A stretch of 64,000 nt of DNA, from positions 53,686 to 117,685 of the forward strand of contig DATDEH010000083.1 in assembly GCA_036523395.1 (NCBI GenBank), in the 5' to 3' direction. Shown one piece after another: positions 39,549 to 48,773 of the stretch (its first letter is position 1; each line of letters begins with the position of its first letter). Below the pieces are notes generated by a model. The model was not told the DNA's origin. It saw nothing but the letters and a program-made list of their open reading frames with translations, and did not search any database. The DNA is from Candidatus Limnocylindria bacterium (GTDB taxonomy: Bacteria > Chloroflexota > Limnocylindria > P2-11E). Both the position numbers and the translations under genes were made by a program.

Positions 39549-41098
39549 GCCGTGACAACCACGTGATCGGCGGCCGCCGCAGGCAGCGTGAGGTCGATGA
39601 TCGCGCCGGCCTCTCCGGGATTGGCGACGCGGATGGTGCCACCGTGCAGCGCAACGGCGAGCCGGCAGAACGCGAGACCGAGGCCCGTCCCACCGCGGCT
39701 CCGACCGCTGGGGCCCTGATAGAACCGGTCGAACACGTTCGGAGCATCGGTCGTCGTGATACCGGGGCCCGTGTCGGATACGCGGATCAGAACGAAGTCG
39801 GATCCCTCGTCGGCCTTTCGGGCTTCGACGCGGACCTTGCCGCCGGAAGGTGTGTGCTTGACCGCGTTCGCGAGCAGATTCGTGAGCACACGGACGACGA
39901 GACCGTCGTCGACGAAGACCGTCGCATCACCAACTTCGCTCGTGACGGTGATGTTCTTCGCGCGAGCTTCAGGTTTCACCTGGGAGATGCTCTTGCGCGT
40001 GAGGTCCTCAAGACGCATCGCCTGGGGCACCGCCTCGAGACGCCCCTCCTCGAGCTTGTAGACATCGAGAAGAGCATTGACCATCCGCAGCATCTCGCTG
40101 ACGTTCGATTCGGAAAGGCCGAGCAGCTCGGTGAACTCGGGCCGCGACGGGTCGAGCTGACCCATGCCGACGAGCTGGAGGAAGGCAACGACGCTGTTGG
40201 CCAGGTTCCGGATGTCGTGGCCGAGCATCCCAATGAGCTCCTGACGCGAGCGCTCGACCTTCCTGAGCTCTTCGTTGCTGGCGCGGAGCTCATCCTGTAG
40301 CCGCTTCGTGAAGAGGGCGCTGCGCACGCGGGCGGCGAGCTCGACGGGCTCGAATGGCTTTGCGACATAGTCGACGCCGCCGGCCTCGAAGCCAGTGACG
40401 ACATCGTCGGTCTGATCCTTCGCCGTGACGAAGATCACCGGGATAGCCGCGGTGCTCGCGTTCACCTTGAGCCGGCGGCAGGTCTCCCAGCCGTCTATGC
40501 CGGGCATCATCACGTCGAGCAGGACGAGATCGGGATGGTCGCGCTCGGCGATCGCGAGCGCCTGTTCGCCGCTGGACGCGCGCAATACCGCGCAGCCCAG
40601 GGCCGCGAGACGGCGCGAGATGAGATCGAGGTTCGCCGGCTCGTCGTCGACGGCGAGAACGGTGCCGAGGCGCTGGACCGGCGCCACGGCCGCGTCCTGT
40701 CGCCTCGTCCCCAGAGCGAGCGGGGCATTCTCGGGCAGGAAGCGCGCGAGCACCGCGCGCAGTTCGGCCGGGGCGTACGGCTTGGACACGAAGTCATCGC
40801 AGCCTGCGTCGATCGCGCGTTGCCGGTCTTGCTGCATCGCGAGCGCCGACACGGCGATGATCGGGATGCGCGCCGCCCAAGGCTCTTCGCGCAGCTTGCG
40901 AGTGACGGCCCACCCGTCGATTCGCGGCAGCAGCAGGTCTACGAGGATCGCGTCGGGGTGCTGGGCGCGCGCGATGTCGAGGCCGCTCTGGCCATCCATC
41001 GCGATGAGCGCCTCGTGACCGGCCGCGCGGATGATGCGCTGCGCGACGTCGAGGTTGTTGGCCTCGTCCTCGATGACGAGAACGCGAGCCACGCTCAT
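39545..41098 (-). CDS. hybrid signalling protein: two receiver domains followed by HisKA-HATPase kinase core
   Basis: REC1 (VLVIEDE...ILVDLLLPRIDGW...KPY), REC2 (VLAVDDE...VLLDVMMPGIDGW...KPF), H-box MLGHDIRNLANS, G-boxes DTGPGI and GGTGLGLAF; start at 41098 overlaps the upstream kinase stop by 4 nt. Confidence 0.8.
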   Translation of the reverse strand: MSVARVLVIEDEANNLDVAQRIIRAAGHEALIAMDGQSGLDIARAQHPDAILVDLLLPRIDGWAVTRKLREEPWAARIPIIAVSALAMQQDRQRAIDAGCDDFVSKPYAPAELRAVLARFLPENAPLALGTRRQDAAVAPVQRLGTVLAVDDEPANLDLISRRLAALGCAVLRASSGEQALAIAERDHPDLVLLDVMMPGIDGWETCRRLKVNASTAAIPVIFVTAKDQTDDVVTGFEAGGVDYVAKPFEPVELAARVRSALFTKRLQDELRASNEELRKVERSRQELIGMLGHDIRNLANSVVAFLQLVGMGQLDPSRPEFTELLGLSESNVSEMLRMVNALLDVYKLEEGRLEAVPQAMRLEDLTRKSISQVKPEARAKNITVTSEVGDATVFVDDGLVVRVLTNLLANAVKHTPSGGKVRVEARKADEGSDFVLIRVSDTGPGITTTDAPNVFDRFYQGPSGRSRGGTGLGLAFCRLAVALHGGTIRVANPGEAGAIIDLTLPAAAADHVVVTA

Positions 41099-43407
41099 GA
41101 CCTCGCCGCCGCGCCCGTCAGGGGACCCTCGGTCAGCGCCGTGGCGCGCACCCGGACCGGCAGCGTGAAGAGGAACGTGCTGCCGGCGCCGACGGTGCTC
41201 TCCACCCAGATGCGGCCGCCATGCAGGGCGATGAGCCGCTTCGAGATGGCCAATCCCAGTCCGGTGCCGCCGTAGCGGCGCGTCGTGGATGCGTCGACCT
41301 GGCGGAACTCGTCGAAGATGTACGTCTGCGCCTCCGGTGGGATCCCCACGCCGGTGTCCACGACCGCGATGGTGATCCAGCCATCGACGATGGTCGCGCG
41401 GACCGTCACTCCGCCGTGTTCGGTGAACTTCACCGCATTTGCCATGAGGTTGACGAGCACCTGACGGATGCGCGCCCGGTCCGCCCACGCCGCGGGCAAA
41501 GAGATCGCGACATCGGCGCGCAGGGTCAGAGATTTCGCATCCGCGTGCGCACGCATGAGCTCGATGACGTCGTCGATCACGAGGGGGATATCGACCTCCT
41601 CGATGTTGAGCTCCATCTTGCCGGCCTCGATCTTCGCGAGGTCGAGAAGTCCGTTGATGAGGCCGAGCAGGTTGTCCGCCGCCTGCACGACGCGCTCGAG
41701 ATCCGCGGTCTGCTGCTCGGTGAGATCGCCGTCGAGCCCATCGAGCATCAGCTTCGTATACCCGATGATCGCGTTCATCGGCGTGCGCAGCTCGTGGCTG
41801 ACGGACGCGAGGAACTCGCTCTTCAGCCGGTTGGCGCGCTCGAGCTGCAGGTTGTTGTCCTTCAGCTCGTTGACCAGGTCCGCGTTCTCCTTGGCGACGC
41901 TGACGAGCCGGGCGATCGTCCGCAGCGCGCGCGCCTCGGTGTCGGTGATCTCGCGCGGTCCCTTGAAGTACGCCGACAGGAGACCCGCGGCGCGGCCGCG
42001 CGCTGACAGCGGGATGTGCGCGACGTAGGGCAGCGGAGTCTGCGGCACGTGCAGATGCTGGATCTGGTTCGGGTCGTAGACCGGATTCACCAAGACCCGT
42101 GTGGCGAGCATCACCGCCGTGTCCGCGGTGACACCGATCGTCGTCGGCGCGATCAGGCGGCCGCCCGAACCCATCGGCGCGCCAGGCGCGTCCTCGCGGA
42201 TCACGATCGATGCGCCGTCCGCGTGGAACAGCGCGACCATGCGGGACAGCGACTCAGCGAAGATGCGCTCGCGGTCGGTGACACCGACGACCGCGTCGGC
42301 GACCTCGTTCACGGTGCGCACCTCGGCCATGTATTCCTCTTGGGCACGCTGACGTTCGCTCAGCGATCTGGCCATCGTGTCGAAGGCTCGCTCGAGCGTG
42401 CCGATCTCATGATGCGACCGCTGCCGGATGCGCACTCCAAGGTCGCCGGCCTCGATCTGCTGTGCCGCGGCGGCGAGATCTTCCAACGGCTTGGTCATCG
42501 CCGTCGCCGAGCGATAGGCGAAGAACGTGACCAGCCCGATGAGGCCCGCTGCGAGCACGAACATGATGACGAGCAACGCGCGCTGCGAGTTGTTGAGCGC
42601 GTCGACCGGGAGCAAGACCGCGAGAACGCCAAGAGTTGCCCGCTGGCCGATGACCCGGAAGATCCCGTAGAAGTTCCGTTCACCGATCTTTACGTCTTGG
42701 GCGACCACGTCGCCCGGAGCACCGTCGACCTGCTCCAACGTGGGGAACGCGACTCCGTCGGGGATCTCCGTTGTGTATGCGCGCACTTTGCCGTTCCAGA
42801 TGAGTGCGATCTGCGCGTCGCTCTTGGTGTTGATCGCCTTCAGGTAGTCGTTCCCCAGGATCGTGCCGACCTCGAGGAAGCCGATCTTCTCGCCGTCCTT
42901 GTTGCTGCGGATCTCCCAGATCGCGCGGATGACCAGACCGTGCGCGGGTTCGTCGGTCAGGACCCAGGACTGCTGCGCGCCGGCCAGGGCGTCGGTGAGG
43001 ATCTGCGGGAGAAGGGTCTCGCCTGGCACAAAGTCCTGCGCACCGGCGATGAGATGGCCATCGATGTCCGACACGCTCATGAAGTCGACGCGCAGACGCG
43101 ATTTCTGCGGTAGGAGGAACGCCTCAAGGCTCTGGCGGTCCTTGGCCTCTGCAAGCGCGCGAGTGGTGTCCAGGCCTGCCATCAGCTGGGCAGCCTTCAG
43201 GGCGAGGTCTTTCTGATCCTGAATGTCGTTCTTCGCGGCGACGGCGACCACGTTCGCCTCGTCTTCGAACTGCCTCGTGACGAGCTCGTTGGACTCGTAC
43301 AGGGCGACGGCCGCGAGAACCACAAGGGCGCCTATGGCCACTGCCACCGTCCGACCGACGAGGGCGCGTAGCAGACTCGGCGCGAAGAGTTGCGTGAAGA
43401 AACGCAC
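41095..43407 (-). CDS. membrane sensor histidine kinase (periplasmic sensor, HAMP, GAF-like region, HisKA, HATPase)
   Basis: Two TM segments around an about 250-aa extracytoplasmic domain, HAMP (LEDLAAAAQQIEAGDLGVRI), H-box SVSHELRTPMNAIIGY, N/G boxes NLMANAVKFT, DTGVGI, GGTGLGLAISK. Confidence 0.8.
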   Translation of the reverse strand: MRFFTQLFAPSLLRALVGRTVAVAIGALVVLAAVALYESNELVTRQFEDEANVVAVAAKNDIQDQKDLALKAAQLMAGLDTTRALAEAKDRQSLEAFLLPQKSRLRVDFMSVSDIDGHLIAGAQDFVPGETLLPQILTDALAGAQQSWVLTDEPAHGLVIRAIWEIRSNKDGEKIGFLEVGTILGNDYLKAINTKSDAQIALIWNGKVRAYTTEIPDGVAFPTLEQVDGAPGDVVAQDVKIGERNFYGIFRVIGQRATLGVLAVLLPVDALNNSQRALLVIMFVLAAGLIGLVTFFAYRSATAMTKPLEDLAAAAQQIEAGDLGVRIRQRSHHEIGTLERAFDTMARSLSERQRAQEEYMAEVRTVNEVADAVVGVTDRERIFAESLSRMVALFHADGASIVIREDAPGAPMGSGGRLIAPTTIGVTADTAVMLATRVLVNPVYDPNQIQHLHVPQTPLPYVAHIPLSARGRAAGLLSAYFKGPREITDTEARALRTIARLVSVAKENADLVNELKDNNLQLERANRLKSEFLASVSHELRTPMNAIIGYTKLMLDGLDGDLTEQQTADLERVVQAADNLLGLINGLLDLAKIEAGKMELNIEEVDIPLVIDDVIELMRAHADAKSLTLRADVAISLPAAWADRARIRQVLVNLMANAVKFTEHGGVTVRATIVDGWITIAVVDTGVGIPPEAQTYIFDEFRQVDASTTRRYGGTGLGLAISKRLIALHGGRIWVESTVGAGSTFLFTLPVRVRATALTEGPLTGAAARS

Positions 43408-43417
43408 GAAGACGGGC

Positions 43418-44257
43418 CTAGATGCCGGCCAGGATCTTCTGCCCTTCGGGGCCCTTCACGAAGTCGATGAAAGCCTTGATGGTTGGCTTCACTTTCGCCG
43501 GCTCCGGGTTGTACACGAAGAACAGGGGACGGCGGATGGGATACGTGCCATTCGCCAGTGTCTCCTTGGTGGCGGCGACGTTGTCGATCGTCAGCAACCG
43601 TACGTCAGCAGTGCTGAAGGCCTTCGCGTTCATGGTCATCATTCCGATCGAGTCTTTGAAGGACCCGATGGCCTTGAGCGTCTCGTCGATCTGGAAGACC
43701 TCGACCGCGTCTTTCGAGTAGACCGGCTTCGTCGCGCCGAAGAAGTACGACTCGAAGGCCGAACGGGTTGAAGACTCGGGCTCGCGCAGCAGCACGCGGA
43801 TCTTGCCTGGAGAACCACCGACGTCCTTCCAGTCGGTGATCTGGCCAGTGAAGATCTTCGCGACCTGGTCCTTGGTAAGCGCCTTGACCACGCTCGACGC
43901 GTTCACACCGACGCCGGTACCGGATGCGCCGATCGGCACACTCTCGACAGTGCCCTTTTCCGCCGCTCGAAGATCACGGCTGATGAAGCCGAGATCCACG
44001 GTGCCATTCACGGTGAGCGACACGCCGGCGTCCGAGCCAACGTCGTCAAGTCCCTGCCAGAGCACCGTGGGGTGCACTTCAGAGAAGCCACTCGTGAGCG
44101 CCCTGACGGCATCGAGCGCCCCGCCGCCGCCCTTGGTGACGAAGGTGCCGGCCAGCGGATCCGGGGTCGACTTTGTCGCGATGGGACTTGCGCCGCCGCA
44201 GCTCGCCACCAGCAGCGCCACGAGGATCAGTTTCAGAGATTTATGTAGGAGCGTCAT
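43418..44257 (-). CDS. periplasmic substrate-binding lipoprotein (PstS/PBP-like), first gene of the signalling operon
   Basis: Lipobox LLVASCGG; type-II periplasmic-binding-fold features (TVNGTVDLGFISRDL ... GSPGKIRVL ... NGTYPIRRPLFFVY); only 10 nt upstream of the kinase gene. Confidence 0.65.
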   Translation of the reverse strand: MTLLHKSLKLILVALLVASCGGASPIATKSTPDPLAGTFVTKGGGGALDAVRALTSGFSEVHPTVLWQGLDDVGSDAGVSLTVNGTVDLGFISRDLRAAEKGTVESVPIGASGTGVGVNASSVVKALTKDQVAKIFTGQITDWKDVGGSPGKIRVLLREPESSTRSAFESYFFGATKPVYSKDAVEVFQIDETLKAIGSFKDSIGMMTMNAKAFSTADVRLLTIDNVAATKETLANGTYPIRRPLFFVYNPEPAKVKPTIKAFIDFVKGPEGQKILAGI

Positions 44258-44380
44258 GTACCCCTTGTCCTCCAGGCCGGCGCTCGCCGGTTAAGCCAAT
44301 TGTGGGAAGTGTGGCTCCGCTAACTGGCGTGTCTATCCCTCTAACGGGGAGGGGACGCTCCGAAACGGCCTAATTAGGCC

Positions 44381-44611
44381 CTATACGTCAGTTGGGGTAG
44401 CTGCGGGACGGCTGCGCTTGGCCGGCAGGCGGTGCAGGAGCCGCTCAGAGGACGCCGCGATCTCCGCGACCGCCGCATCGAAAGCCTGGGCGTTTGCGGG
44501 CGCCGGTGCCCTGAATCCGCTGATCTTGCGGACGAACTGGAGCGCCGCCGCCCGGACCTCTTCTTCGGTCGCGGGAGCTGTGCCACGGAGGGTCTTGATG
44601 CTTCGACACAT
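44381..44611 (-). CDS. small conserved protein (DUF2277-like, MCRSIKTL N-terminus)
   Basis: 76 aa starting MCRSIKTLRG, a pattern I recall for the DUF2277 family; family number from memory. Confidence 0.5.
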   Translation of the reverse strand: MCRSIKTLRGTAPATEEEVRAAALQFVRKISGFRAPAPANAQAFDAAVAEIAASSERLLHRLPAKRSRPAATPTDV

Positions 44612-44666
44612 ACACGAGAACGATACGGCGAATCGGCGTCTGCGGCGCCGTCGCTAGCATCCGGGC

Positions 44667-45644
44667 GTGCTCGTCCTGGATAAGCGCGAGGTCGAATCGC
44701 TGCTTGATCCGGACGCCCTGCGCGCCGCCGTGGCCGCGGCCCTATCCGATCTCTCGGCCGGACGAGCCTCGATGCCCACTCGCATCGCCGCCCTCGTCGC
44801 CGAGCGCGACGCGCTGCTGGCGGCGATGCCGGCGTACCTGCCGAGCGCCGGCGCGCTCACGACGAAGCTCGTTTCGCTCTTTCCGCGCAACACCGATCGG
44901 CCGACGCATCAGGCCGTGATCGTCGCCTTCGATCCGCTGACCGGAACGCCAGCGGCACTCATGGACGGCGAGGCCATCACCGCGGCGCGGACCGCCGCGG
45001 GTTCCGCGCTCGCCACCGATCTGCTCGCTCGGAAGGACGCCAAGACGCTCGCAGTCCTCGGTGCGGGCGTGCAGGCGCGCGCGCATCTTCGCGCGCTGAC
45101 GCGCGTGCGCCGGTTCCGCGAGATCCTCATCGGCGCCCGAGACCTCGAAAAGGCCAAGAACCTCGCGCGCGAGGTCGCGGCAGAGACAGGCCTCCCCGTT
45201 CGCGCCGCGTCATTCGCCGATGCCGTGCGCGCCGCCGACGTCGTGTGCGCGTGCACGCATAGCGCGGAGCCGGTCGTGCGTCGCCAGTGGCTGCGTCCCG
45301 GTACGCACGTGAACTCCGTCGGTTACAACACCGCGGGCCGCGAGGTCGATGGCGAGACTGTCGCGGCGGCGCTGGTCGTGATCGAATCGCGCGCCGCCGC
45401 GCTCGCGCCACCGCCGGGCGGTTCGAACGATCTCCTCTGGCCGATCCGCGACGGACTCATCGACGCGAAACACATCCACGCCGAGCTAGGCGAGGTCGTG
45501 TCCGGCGCGCGTCCCGGTCGCGCCGATGCAACGCAGCTGACGCTCTACAAGTCCGTGGGCGTGGCCGTCGAAGACGCAGCCGCGGCGGCGCTCGTGTTGC
45601 GGCTCGCGCGCGGGCGCGGCATCGGAAGGACGATCGAGATCTAG
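44667..45644 (+). CDS. ornithine cyclodeaminase/mu-crystallin family protein
   Basis: Rossmann LAVLGAGVQARAHL NAD-binding motif and overall about 325-aa OCD architecture. Confidence 0.85.
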   Translation: MLVLDKREVESLLDPDALRAAVAAALSDLSAGRASMPTRIAALVAERDALLAAMPAYLPSAGALTTKLVSLFPRNTDRPTHQAVIVAFDPLTGTPAALMDGEAITAARTAAGSALATDLLARKDAKTLAVLGAGVQARAHLRALTRVRRFREILIGARDLEKAKNLAREVAAETGLPVRAASFADAVRAADVVCACTHSAEPVVRRQWLRPGTHVNSVGYNTAGREVDGETVAAALVVIESRAAALAPPPGGSNDLLWPIRDGLIDAKHIHAELGEVVSGARPGRADATQLTLYKSVGVAVEDAAAAALVLRLARGRGIGRTIEI

Positions 45645-45901
45645 GCGAACGCGCGGTACGCGAGCCAGATCAGGAGTCCCGCGGCCGCGATCCAGATCGT
45701 GACGATGATCGCCGCCGCCTTGCGGTTCGTCGGCCGTTCGGACGCGGCCTGAGCCCGCGCACGGCACTCGACAAGGACGGCGTCCGGGATCATCTTCACT
45801 GCGAGAGCGATGCCGAGTGGCACGAGGATCAGGTCATCGAGGTACCCGAGCACGGGTATGAAGTCAGGTATCAGGTCGATCGGACTGAGCGCATAGGCCA
45901 C
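45641..45901 (-). CDS. DUF1232 (YkvA-like) small membrane protein
   Basis: Signature SPIDLIPDFIPVLGYLDDLILV. Confidence 0.65.
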   Translation of the reverse strand: MAYALSPIDLIPDFIPVLGYLDDLILVPLGIALAVKMIPDAVLVECRARAQAASERPTNRKAAAIIVTIWIAAAGLLIWLAYRAFA

Positions 45902-46002
45902 GACGCCACCGGCGAATACCTTCGCGTACCAGGGCGTGCGCGGATCGCGGCAGGCGAGGTATACGGCATACGTGTCGCGCTTGATGTCGCGCGCTCGCTG
46001 CC

Positions 46003-47808
46003 TCAGTACTCGCCGCCGGCGCCTTTGCGTGGACCTTCGAGAAGCTGTCCGACCCCGCGCTGCTCGCCCTGCAGCGCGTCGAGCACGCGCAGCGCCGCGT
46101 CGATCGTGAGCCCGCGGCGGAAGTCATCCAGAGCGGGCCGCAGCGCCGGCGACGGCTGGTCGTTCGGATCGCTCGAGTTCGACGGATCGCCGGTCGGCTC
46201 CTGCGGCTGTCCCGTGCTCGGGCCCGGCTGCGGCGAGGCACCGGCGGGGGGCTGACCGCTCTGCCCGGGTCCCTGCGCGCCGGGGTTGGGGCTTCCGGGC
46301 TGACCCTGCCCCGGCCCGGGCTGCTGGCCGGGCTGCGGCGGACGGGCCGACAGCAGGCGCTGGATGACCTCGAGGTTGAACTTCGCGTCGCGATCGCCGG
46401 GATCGATGCGGAGCACTTCGCGATAGGCATCGCGCGCGTCCTCGTAGCGGCCCATGCGGAAGAGCGTGTTGCCGCGGTCGTACTGCGCGGTCGCGCGGAG
46501 CTTCAGATCCTTACCGCCGATCGCCTTGCCGTATTCGGGAAGCGCCTGCGGATACTGGGCGAGCTTGTGCAGCGCGTTCGCGGCGTTCACGGCGAGCTCG
46601 GGCGAGTCGGGCAGCTCCAGCTGGAGATCCCGGTATTCGGCGAGCGCTCCGGCGTAGTCACCCGCTGCGAACAGGCCGTTCGCCGCCTCGTTCGAGACCG
46701 CGTTCTCGCCACACGCGATCCCCCAGAGCGCGGCCGAGCCGATGGCGATGCCGAGGATCCGGCGTCCGCGACGTGCGACCGGCCGGCCGAGGCCGTGCGG
46801 CATTGGCATCGCGCGGCGCTCCGAGATCAGCCACTCGAGCAGGAGGAGCGCGACGGCGAGCGCGACGAACGGCGCGGACTTCTCGTCAGGGACCGCGCCC
46901 GCATCATCGAGTGGTTCGACGGCTTCCATCGTGCGGAGCTCGCGCACGAGATCGCTGATCACGGTGTCGTTGCCGGCGTACCGGAAGTAGCGCCCACCGC
47001 CCTTCTCGGCGACGGAACGCAGGGTCTCCTCCACGAGGCGACTCACGATCGGAGTGCCCGCGGCGCTCCGCAGGTAACCGGTGAACTTCCCGTTGTTCGC
47101 GTCGTACGTCGGGATCTGCCCGCCGGTGGTCGTCCCAATACCGACCGCGTAGATGCGTGCACCCTTGAGCTCGCGGGCCTCGGGCACGTCGCTGTTCGTG
47201 ATCTCGCCATCGGAGACGAGCACGATCGCGCGCTGCCGCAGCGGATCAAGGTCCGGCGAGAACGCGCCGAGCGCGGACTCGAGGCCGGCGCGAAGCGACG
47301 ATCCCTCTGTCAGGCGCAGTCCGCGCCCGGAGTTGTCGAGGACCTCGCCGAGGACGCGCGGGTCCGTTGTCGGGGGGTAACGGACGGCCCCCTGCCCCTT
47401 GAAGAGAACGAGTGCCACACGGCTGCCGATCATCTGGCGCCCGAGCTCTTCCGAGAAGTGCCGCGCGGCACGCAACCGGTCGGGTACGACGTCCTGCGTG
47501 GCCATGCTCTGCGATACGTCGACGGCGAGGGCGATATCCACGCCGAGCCGTCGCGCGGCGCGAGCGCGCAGGTCGACGTATGGACCGGCGAGCGCGATGA
47601 CGAGGCTCGCGAGCGCGAGGAACACGAACGTCGTCTTGAGCCACCAGCGCGTTCCGCTCCGCGACACGAGGGCAGCCGCGCCACCGAACGACCGGACCGC
47701 GCGGATGCGTGCGCGATACGCGAGAGCGACGAGCACCGCGATCAAGGGAAGTGCCGCGAGCAGCAGGAGCATCTCCGGCCGCGCGAACCCAACGGCTGGA
47801 ATGGTCAC
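46003..47808 (-). CDS. VWA-domain protein with C-terminal TPR repeats and Pro/Gln-rich tail (BatB/BatC-like)
   Basis: MIDAS-like LAVDVSQSM, TM anchor, TPR-like YDRGNTLFRMGRYEDARDAYREVLRIDP, low-complexity PQPGQQPGPGQGQPGSPNPG. Confidence 0.7.
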   Translation of the reverse strand: MTIPAVGFARPEMLLLLAALPLIAVLVALAYRARIRAVRSFGGAAALVSRSGTRWWLKTTFVFLALASLVIALAGPYVDLRARAARRLGVDIALAVDVSQSMATQDVVPDRLRAARHFSEELGRQMIGSRVALVLFKGQGAVRYPPTTDPRVLGEVLDNSGRGLRLTEGSSLRAGLESALGAFSPDLDPLRQRAIVLVSDGEITNSDVPEARELKGARIYAVGIGTTTGGQIPTYDANNGKFTGYLRSAAGTPIVSRLVEETLRSVAEKGGGRYFRYAGNDTVISDLVRELRTMEAVEPLDDAGAVPDEKSAPFVALAVALLLLEWLISERRAMPMPHGLGRPVARRGRRILGIAIGSAALWGIACGENAVSNEAANGLFAAGDYAGALAEYRDLQLELPDSPELAVNAANALHKLAQYPQALPEYGKAIGGKDLKLRATAQYDRGNTLFRMGRYEDARDAYREVLRIDPGDRDAKFNLEVIQRLLSARPPQPGQQPGPGQGQPGSPNPGAQGPGQSGQPPAGASPQPGPSTGQPQEPTGDPSNSSDPNDQPSPALRPALDDFRRGLTIDAALRVLDALQGEQRGVGQLLEGPRKGAGGEY

Positions 47809-48773
47809 GGCGTCCTCCGGAAGACCGTGAGCGCGAGGACGAGCTGCAGCGCGAGGAGTCCCGCGCCGGCGGCCACGAATGGCAGCGAGACATCGTCGGT
47901 GGAGATGAACGCGCGCGTGCCGACGCGTGCCTTCTCGAGGGTCTGGATCTCGCGGTATACATCGCGGAGCGCGGTCTCGTCGGACGCTCGGTAATAGAGA
48001 CCACCGGTCATCTCGCTCATCCGCTTCATGGTCGCCTCATCGACATCCGCGCGCGATCGCGCCGCCACCGCACCGATCGTGTACAGGCGCACGCCGAGCA
48101 GCTTCGCGATCTGCGCGGCCTCGGTCGGCGCGATGTCACCGGCATTGTTCGAACCGTCGGTGAGGAGGATCGCGACCTTGCTGCGGGCGCTGGACTCGCG
48201 CACGAGGAGGAGGCCGGTCGCGAGCCCGGTGCCGATCGCCGTTCCGTCGCGAAGTGGCCGGCCCGCGGCGAGCGGCTCCACCAGGCGCTGCGCCGCCGTG
48301 TAGTCGAGCGTGAGCGGGCTGAGCACCATGGATTCCGCGCTGAAGATCACGATGCCCACGCGGTCGTTCTTCAGGCCGCCGAGGAAGTCGTGCACCACCC
48401 TCTTGACGACCTCGATGCGCGACTGCCCGCCGAGATCGGGTGTCGACATCGAGGACGAAGTGTCAAGCACGACGACGATGTCGATCCCCTCGGCCGGCAC
48501 GTCGAAGGCGGCCTGGACGACGGACGGCGCCGCGAGCGCGACGATGAGCGCGGTCGCGGCCAGCACGCGCAGCGGCAGCAGCAGCCAGCGCGTCCGGACG
48601 CGCCAGCTGCCGTGAGCGCGTGGCACGAGCCCGAGCGAGGAGAAGAGCACGCCCCCGCTGCGACCGCGTTCGCGGCGGAGCTCGAGCGCGGCCGCGATCA
48701 CCACGATCGCGAGCAACGGGAGCGCCCACGGCGCCTCGAAGCGGATCTCCGTCCCGAAGATGCGTGTGCTCAC
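47805..48773 (-). CDS. VWA-domain membrane protein (BatA-like)
   Basis: N-terminal TM, MIDAS VVVLDTSSSM ... LLTDGSNN, C-terminal TM. Confidence 0.75.
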   Translation of the reverse strand: MSTRIFGTEIRFEAPWALPLLAIVVIAAALELRRERGRSGGVLFSSLGLVPRAHGSWRVRTRWLLLPLRVLAATALIVALAAPSVVQAAFDVPAEGIDIVVVLDTSSSMSTPDLGGQSRIEVVKRVVHDFLGGLKNDRVGIVIFSAESMVLSPLTLDYTAAQRLVEPLAAGRPLRDGTAIGTGLATGLLLVRESSARSKVAILLTDGSNNAGDIAPTEAAQIAKLLGVRLYTIGAVAARSRADVDEATMKRMSEMTGGLYYRASDETALRDVYREIQTLEKARVGTRAFISTDDVSLPFVAAGAGLLALQLVLALTVFRRTP

